Of a stretch of DNA of 36,094 nt, positions 30,207 to 36,094 are shown one piece after another. Location of the stretch: the NCBI GenBank assembly GCA_038523235.1, contig JBCBJQ010000060.1, positions 1 through 36,094 of the forward strand. The letters run 5' to 3'. The notes under the pieces are model-generated. The model had not been told where the DNA came from. It was given only the letters and a program-made list of their open reading frames with translations, and did no database searches. A program made the position numbers and the translations under genes. The DNA is from Cyanobacteria bacterium J06626_4. GTDB lineage: Bacteria > Cyanobacteriota > Cyanobacteriia > Phormidesmidales > Phormidesmidaceae. How positions within the stretch are numbered: the stretch's first letter is position 1; every line of letters starts with the position of its first letter.

Positions 30207-31697
30207 TCACCGTGCATATTTCTCGCAGGTACGCTGAGCCTCGCTCATCACTTCGTCTCCTTGAGGGGTGGATCTCAAATAAACCCGGATGGCGTGACAG
30301 GTATAAGCAATCCAACCCACTTGAGATGCAGGCCACACACGGATCGCACCGTCGAAGCCGCTGCTGACAATGGTTTCGCCATCAGCGCTGGCAGCGACGG
30401 CGAAAACCATGTCTTCATGTTGTTGAAAAGGTTGCCCGATCGCATTTCCTTCCATATCCCAGAGGCGTACGGTGCCATCGCGACTACCACTGATAATCGT
30501 GCCTTGATGGTACCCGTACGTAAACTCAACATCGTATCTGTCGGGCATAACAGTAACCGAAAATACAGTGTCTTCATGGCCTCTAATGGTTGGAACAGGA
30601 ACATTTCCTCGTAGAGTTATCATTGGAGGGTTTCCTTCCAGATTCCACAGACGCAGCATGCCGCCATCCTGCCCACTGATGAGAGTCTGACCATCGGGAC
30701 TAAAGGCCAGAGAAACAACTGCGTCTCTGCTGGCTTGCAACAGTTGCTCAGCCAGCTCCCTGTTGATACCAGTCGCCGAACCCCCACCGCCATCTTCGTG
30801 GAAAGGTAGGTCAATCGGGTTTCCCTGTATATCCCACAAGCGCAAACCGTCAGATCCCCCACTGGCAATAGTTTTGCCGTCAGGACTGACAGCGATCGCT
30901 GCCACCTCAAATTTATGTCCCTTTAAGGGATTCTCAATCAGTTTGCCTTGGATATTCCAAAGGCGCACAGCGCCATCTTGACCGCCACTCACAATGGTCT
31001 GGCCGTCAGGACTAAAGGCGACAGAAAGAACACCACCTTCATGACCTTGAAAAGGCTGACTGATCGCATTGCCCTGAAGGTCCCAAAGATGCAGTGAGCC
31101 ATCACTACTACCGCTCACAATAGTCTGACCGTCAGGGCTAAACGCCACGGCGTAGATAGCACCCCTACGCACTTGAAAGGGTTCACCTATCAGGGTAGGC
31201 CGCCAAGCATCATCCTTTTCCCAAAGGTGCAGTGTGCTGTCTCGGTTGCCACTCACAAAGGTTTGCCCATCGGGACTAAATGCCAGCGCATCAATCACTC
31301 CTCCATAATCAGCCCGAGCCCGGTAGTACTGAGCGTCTCCGAAAGTTTCCAGAAAAATGGCTTCCTGTGGCTGGGGCAACGTGATCAGATCCTCTGACGT
31401 CAAATTTGGGAACCTCACAAAGGGGGAGCGGCTCAGCCCGATCGCCGCCAAAGAATTTGCCCAGCTTTTGGGTTCATCAGTTTTGGCTAATGCTCGCGCG
31501 GTTGCGGCGTACTCATGCATCCGACGCCGTTCTGCCTGATGAACTTTGGTCAGTGCCAGCCCACTCAGGATAGTGTTGAACAGCAGTCCGGCGATTAACC
31601 CTACAATCCCTAGCCGCTTTTGCCTGCCTGCCTGCTTTTCCACTTCTTGAAAACCCCAAAAGGTTCTTTGACAAATACATTTTGTTGACAACAGCAT
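30207..31697 (-). CDS. WD40-repeat protein with one N-terminal TM helix, probably N-truncated
   Basis: About 7 repeats of GH..V..VAFSPDG.TIVSG..DG..RLW(D/N); TM segment LGIVGLIAGLLFNTILSGLAL. Confidence 0.85.
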   Translation of the reverse strand: MLLSTKCICQRTFWGFQEVEKQAGRQKRLGIVGLIAGLLFNTILSGLALTKVHQAERRRMHEYAATARALAKTDEPKSWANSLAAIGLSRSPFVRFPNLTSEDLITLPQPQEAIFLETFGDAQYYRARADYGGVIDALAFSPDGQTFVSGNRDSTLHLWEKDDAWRPTLIGEPFQVRRGAIYAVAFSPDGQTIVSGSSDGSLHLWDLQGNAISQPFQGHEGGVLSVAFSPDGQTIVSGGQDGAVRLWNIQGKLIENPLKGHKFEVAAIAVSPDGKTIASGGSDGLRLWDIQGNPIDLPFHEDGGGGSATGINRELAEQLLQASRDAVVSLAFSPDGQTLISGQDGGMLRLWNLEGNPPMITLRGNVPVPTIRGHEDTVFSVTVMPDRYDVEFTYGYHQGTIISGSRDGTVRLWDMEGNAIGQPFQQHEDMVFAVAASADGETIVSSGFDGAIRVWPASQVGWIAYTCHAIRVYLRSTPQGDEVMSEAQRTCEKYAR

Positions 31698-31944
31698 TTT
31701 AGTCTGGCTCCAATCTGAGAAACCCAGTTTCTATGAATGCGATGTGTAATTTTCCGGAAAGGCTTGTTAAGCCTGCATTCGCCTAGCTTGTGGGAAGAGC
31801 CACGCTCGACATTTCCAGGCCTTCTCCCAACCACTCGATCCACAGCCGCTGCTGGTGCAAACCCGCTACTCGGTGCCCGTCACGCGCGGCGCACATTCGC
31901 TGGTGTTGGTGCCCTAGCCAACGCTTTCAACTGAAATCGGATTT

Positions 31945-32826
31945 TCAATGCGCGATCGCCTGAACCACTTGTAAAAATCCCTGAAGTGTTGGAGACTCCT
32001 GCGTCTGTCGCCATGCAACTGACAACTGTAGCTCTAGCGATTCGTCGCTGAGTGCACAGTACTCTACTCCCGTCAGACCTGCTTTTTGCAGACTTTCAGG
32101 CACAAACGTGATGCCCATACCGGCGACGACTAAACCGACTCGCGTCTGGTGTTTACTATCTTCATAAACAACGTGGGGTTCAAATCCGGCCTGTCTGCAA
32201 AGGCAAAGGATTTGGTCATAAAGGATCGGCCCTTCATGGCGGGGATGCAGGATAAAGGACTCTGTGGCGAGTGATTTAAGCGGTATCTCTGGTTGCTGAG
32301 CCAGAGCATGGGTATGAGGCAAAACGACCAGTAATCGTTCTCCCTGTAGGGGATAGAGATTCAAAAAAGCGGCGTCGATGGGGGGATGTAGAAAGCCGAG
32401 GTCAATAGTTTCAGCTCTGAGTCCATTGACTTGGTCAAGCGTGCAAATCTCGGTCATGGCGAGCTTAACATCAGGATAGCGATCGCGAAAACATCGCAAA
32501 ATTGCAGGCAGGACGGTGTGCATTGACGAAGGAGTAAACCCAATCCGTAAAGAACCGACTTCACCGCGAGCCACACGCTGGGCGACTCGAACAGCAGTAT
32601 CAACTTGCTGAAGTGCCTTGCGAATCTCGCTCAAAAAGGCAACGCCAGCATCGGTCAGCTCAACAGTGCGTTTGGTGCGTCGCAACAGCGCAAATCCTAA
32701 TTCCGCTTCTAGCTTGTGGATTTGTCGGCTCAGCGCCGGCTGAGTAATGTGCAGCCGAGCCGCCGCTTTGCCGAAATGCAGCTCTTCGGCAACCGCCACG
32801 AAGTATTCGAATGCATGAAACTTCAT
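31945..32826 (-). CDS. LysR-type transcriptional regulator
   Basis: YF.AVAEELHFGKAA.RLHITQPALSRQI..LE.ELG..L..R..R.V.LT.AG; substrate domain ending V.AGMG...VP. Confidence 0.95.
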   Translation of the reverse strand: MKFHAFEYFVAVAEELHFGKAAARLHITQPALSRQIHKLEAELGFALLRRTKRTVELTDAGVAFLSEIRKALQQVDTAVRVAQRVARGEVGSLRIGFTPSSMHTVLPAILRCFRDRYPDVKLAMTEICTLDQVNGLRAETIDLGFLHPPIDAAFLNLYPLQGERLLVVLPHTHALAQQPEIPLKSLATESFILHPRHEGPILYDQILCLCRQAGFEPHVVYEDSKHQTRVGLVVAGMGITFVPESLQKAGLTGVEYCALSDESLELQLSVAWRQTQESPTLQGFLQVVQAIAH

Positions 32827-32830
32827 AGTA

Positions 32831-32885
32831 ATATCTTTTTGTTATTAATGCTGCCAAAAAAAGCATTGGACAGCATTAATGCTGC
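32831..32885. promoter_or_regulatory. LTTR box and further palindromes in the lysR divergent promoter
   Basis: ATA-N9-TAT (T-N11-A) at 32831-32845; AATGCT-N9-AGCATT at 32847-32867; perfect palindrome CAGCATTAATGCTG at 32871-32884. Confidence 0.55.
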
Positions 32886-33027
32886 TTGCTTATGTTAAGG
32901 GCAGTCAACAGACTTTTACAAAATTGCGGTCAGCCCTGGGCAAAGGGCGACCCCGGCTGACACTCAGCGACACTGACTCCCCCTTGGGTGGGCTGCGTGG
33001 CTGTGCAGTTTATGTTGACTTGCAAAA

Positions 33028-33972
33028 ATGACGCAGGCAAACCCGATGAAGCACTTCGTTAATCAACTCTCTGGTGGAATATTGATGACAAGTTTGATCA
33101 TTACCGGCGGGATAATGAGTCAGGCAACTGCGCCCGCTGTGGCCAATGAACCGGCTGAGTCTTCAGCAGAAGATGATTTGCGATCGCTCTCAACCCGTTT
33201 CGACACGCCTCAAGCGCTGACAAACTGGCAAGAATTTCAGGTTGAAGGGTGGGTGCCGAAGTGGGAAGCTCCGCGAATTGAGAATGGTGTGTTGATGCTG
33301 CAGCCTCGCTCATCAGGCTGGTTTGAGGACAACACGGGTGGACACTTGTATCAGGAAGTGACGGGCGATTTTATTGTCACCACCCGCATTCGAGTAGAAG
33401 GCACGCAAAGTCCGTTGCCACAGCGCTCGTTCTCGCTCGCCGGGCTGTTTATCCGCGAACCTCGGACGATGACAGCCGAAACCTGGGAGCCGAATCAAGA
33501 GAACTGGCTATTTTTTAGTGTGGGGACGGCTTCTCCTGCCGGGCGATCGCAGTTTGAAATCAAATCGACCTACGACAGTCTGTCAACGTTGAAAATCTCT
33601 GAAGCCCAAGCAGGATGGATGCGATTGCGGGTAGCTCGCTCTGGCGAATTGTTTACGCTGCTGTATCAAGCCGACGGTTCCAGCGAGTGGACGGTGTTAG
33701 ATCAGTTCATCCGTCCCGACTTACCGGCAACGCTGAATGTGGGGCTGACCGCCTATGCCGATTGGGAGTCGGTGTCTGTGGATTATCCCAATTACCAGCA
33801 ATACAACGAGCAAGGTGCATCCACCCAGAACGCTGACCTGGTGGCTTACGTGGAGTCAATCGAGTTTCGTCGCCCCAGTACATCCCGCTTTCCCCTAGCC
33901 ACGCTTGATCCGAGCGTTTCCCCTAACCCGCAACTCTCGGAAGCCCGCATGCAGGACTTGATGAAAGATTGA
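33028..33972 (+). CDS. Exported ConA-like beta-sandwich protein (DUF1349-like)
   Basis: Signal-like N-terminus ending AVA; LYQEVTGDFIVTTRI...AGLFIR...LRVARSG..F...Y..DG..W...VGL pattern; start may be 33046 or later. Confidence 0.6.
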   Translation: MTQANPMKHFVNQLSGGILMTSLIITGGIMSQATAPAVANEPAESSAEDDLRSLSTRFDTPQALTNWQEFQVEGWVPKWEAPRIENGVLMLQPRSSGWFEDNTGGHLYQEVTGDFIVTTRIRVEGTQSPLPQRSFSLAGLFIREPRTMTAETWEPNQENWLFFSVGTASPAGRSQFEIKSTYDSLSTLKISEAQAGWMRLRVARSGELFTLLYQADGSSEWTVLDQFIRPDLPATLNVGLTAYADWESVSVDYPNYQQYNEQGASTQNADLVAYVESIEFRRPSTSRFPLATLDPSVSPNPQLSEARMQDLMKD

Positions 33973-34015
33973 GCGCGCTGTGACTTTCATTTTTCTCAAT
34001 TTTGGAACCTTTGCA

Positions 34016-35356
34016 ATGCTCAACCTCAAGCGACTCTCTGTTTTGGGGATAGCGGTCATCACCGCTTGGGTGCTTGCCTGCACCCAGCAGTTACAGGCCC
34101 AGACCCCTCCCAATGTTCAAGGGCGCTACATTGCCGCCATATCCGATGCGGATATGCGCGCTTACGCCTACATCGACGGACAACTCGGCGAACCACGCGG
34201 CACTGATCAGCTCTCACTCGTCGCGCTGCCGCTGCCGTCTGCACCGGCACTGACCAGTTCGATCGCAGTTTCCAACTCCGTTATCAATCCCGTCTATAGC
34301 CTGGTGGCGTCACAAGACGGCAATACAATCTTCGTCGCTGAAACGAAGGAACCGCGCGAACCCGACGATCAAGTCATTGGTGATCTTGATTTGGGGACGA
34401 CTTTGCGGGCAGTTGACGTATCTGACCCGGCTGCTCCCCGAGTGATGGCCGAAGTGGAAGTCGGCATCGATCCGCAAGGGGTCGACATTGATGCGGGGGG
34501 GACGACGCTGGCCCTGGCAACTAAAGATCCAGATGCGCCCTTAACGTTTGTCACCTTCACAAATGGTCGCTTTGGTGAACCGACCCAGTTGCCCATGCAA
34601 GGTTTCTCACCCGTGGCAGAACTTCCAGATCAAGGAATGCTGCCGCATCATGTGGAATGGCACCCCACAGCTGATGTGATTGCCGTGAATGCAAATTTTC
34701 GGGGTCAAGTGCAGTTCTTTCAAGTGGTTCGAGATGTGGATGGTGAGGTGGCCGACGTGGTGCCTTGGGGCAACCGTGTGGTGACTTCCAAGTGGCCGAT
34801 GTCGGGCAAGTTCTCCCGCGATGGACGCTTTTATGTCACCAATGATTTGCAGTGGGGACCAGACGTAAGAGGGTTCTATTTGAATGCGCCGCCCTCACAA
34901 TTAACGGTAATCGAACTCGCGCCACTGGATGCGGGCGATGAGGCGCAGCACTTTGTAGTTGGAGGCGTTTCACTGCCCAGACATGCGGAAAGTATTGCGT
35001 TCTCGAATGATGGCACGCTGATTGCAACGAGCAATATTGGCCAGACCTGGCTGGCACCGGATGAAGTCGGCTACAGTCAGTCGTCCCTCTCCCTCGTCCA
35101 GTTCGACCCGGTGGCCGGTCAGGTGACTCACCTTGGCGACTGGACGTTTGACGGCATTCTGCCAGAGGGCGTTGAATTTGATGCCTCGGATCAATACGTT
35201 GTGGCTGGGGTTTTTGAATACGAAACGCCTGAGCCGCGACAAGGGGCCCTTGAGTTCTGGCGAGTGCTCCGCGATGGTGAAACACCCCGCTTAGAAAGAA
35301 CAGACTACGTGATTGAGACCGGTCCGGGTGCCCACTCGCTGATTGTGGTCAATTAA
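34016..35356 (+). CDS. Exported beta-propeller protein (lactonase/YVTN-like)
   Basis: Signal MLNLKRLSVLGIAVITAWVLAC; repeated blade motifs P....SQDG, PQGVDID..G, WHP, FSRDG, FSNDG, PEGVEFD. Confidence 0.7.
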   Translation: MLNLKRLSVLGIAVITAWVLACTQQLQAQTPPNVQGRYIAAISDADMRAYAYIDGQLGEPRGTDQLSLVALPLPSAPALTSSIAVSNSVINPVYSLVASQDGNTIFVAETKEPREPDDQVIGDLDLGTTLRAVDVSDPAAPRVMAEVEVGIDPQGVDIDAGGTTLALATKDPDAPLTFVTFTNGRFGEPTQLPMQGFSPVAELPDQGMLPHHVEWHPTADVIAVNANFRGQVQFFQVVRDVDGEVADVVPWGNRVVTSKWPMSGKFSRDGRFYVTNDLQWGPDVRGFYLNAPPSQLTVIELAPLDAGDEAQHFVVGGVSLPRHAESIAFSNDGTLIATSNIGQTWLAPDEVGYSQSSLSLVQFDPVAGQVTHLGDWTFDGILPEGVEFDASDQYVVAGVFEYETPEPRQGALEFWRVLRDGETPRLERTDYVIETGPGAHSLIVVN

Positions 35357-35373
35357 ATTGGGAGGCTGAAAAA

Positions 35374-36051
35374 ATGAACCGTCCCAAATGGCTTACATGG
35401 CTGCTGCTATTCTGTGTGGCGATCGCTGCTGCTATTACCCTGACCCATCTCACCCCGCACCGCACGCGGTACAGCTCCGACACCCGCTATCAGCAACCCG
35501 CCTCAGCTAACGATGCAGCTTCCAATCCCCATCAAGACCCCTATGCTGATGCGGCCTATGACGAGGTGCCTGAAAATGCTGAAACATCCGTGCGGGTGGA
35601 ATTTCCCGCAAACTATCGCGAGCATTTTGTGCAATATGCCACCGTTGATTGTCCCAACAGTCGCATCGTCCGCAAAATGTATGTGAATCCAGAGGCCTTG
35701 GCAGCGCTGCAAACCAGCCAGACGCCTCCCAGCGGCACGGTGCTAGTGATGGAGACGCACTCCGCTCAATCGGGCCGCGACGGACGCCTGACGCCCACTC
35801 GATTAAACAATATATTTGTGCGCGAAAAGCGCGACGGTTGGCGGGTCAACGAAGATAGCGGTGACTGGCGATCGGCCTGGTACAGTCCAGGATGCTCGCT
35901 AGTATCGAGCAGTCAAGGTTCTTGTATTGGCTGCCATACGAGGGTCAGAGACCGAGATTATTTGTTCACCTTGCCTGCATTGCTCACCGCTGCCCAGACC
36001 CGCTTGCTACAACACCAAGAGACCGAGTTTGGCACCTCTGTGTGTCGATAG
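35374..36051 (+). CDS. Cytochrome P460-fold protein of the c'-beta (Met) type
   Basis: N-terminal TM/signal; FPANYRE, YVNPEA, GTVLVME, EK..GW...GDW, C-terminal CIGCH heme motif (35923-35937), DYLFT; GGAGG RBS at 35361-35365. Confidence 0.85.
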   Translation: MNRPKWLTWLLLFCVAIAAAITLTHLTPHRTRYSSDTRYQQPASANDAASNPHQDPYADAAYDEVPENAETSVRVEFPANYREHFVQYATVDCPNSRIVRKMYVNPEALAALQTSQTPPSGTVLVMETHSAQSGRDGRLTPTRLNNIFVREKRDGWRVNEDSGDWRSAWYSPGCSLVSSSQGSCIGCHTRVRDRDYLFTLPALLTAAQTRLLQHQETEFGTSVCR

Positions 36052-36094
36052 TTATGCCTCGCCATTTGGGAGAGGTAAAGCTTCCCACATTTGA

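Noticed and set aside
32929..32961. GGCAAA-containing hairpin as a c-di-GMP riboswitch
   Set aside because: Lacks the GNRA tetraloop/receptor and second-stem consensus.
1..36094. CRISPR array, tRNA/rRNA genes, intact transposase or integrase
   Set aside because: No regularly spaced repeat-spacer array, cloverleaf or recombinase ORF seen; HIP1 abundance is normal for cyanobacteria.

Overview
A cyanobacterial chromosomal window: the HIP1 octamer GCGATCGC occurs throughout, and the gene set resembles that of filamentous Leptolyngbya/Nodosilinea-type organisms (inferred). The left ~19.4 kb is mostly core genes: an FHA protein, two HAD hydrolases, Tat-exported phoX, the surE / MBL-hydrolase / ribF / moxR cluster divergent from pheS, DUF2854, cysK, modA, fused modBC and an S41 protease. 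Its intergenic regions carry MITE/REP-like hairpins and very small dispersed repeats. The right ~16 kb is accessory: a thiol-dioxygenase-like cupin plus SelO, a Rieske oxygenase divergent from a TetR that ends in an IS1 InsA-type zinc ribbon, two GNATs, hypothetical proteins, an orphan MASE3-type histidine kinase and an apparently N-truncated WD40 protein. The best candidate for an undescribed system is at the right end: a LysR divergent from three exported proteins (ConA/DUF1349-like sandwich, beta-propeller, and a cytochrome P460-fold heme protein with Met at the cross-linking Lys position, i.e. cytochrome c'-beta type). I saw no rRNA, tRNA, CRISPR array or intact transposase. All family calls come from motif recognition, not database searches.
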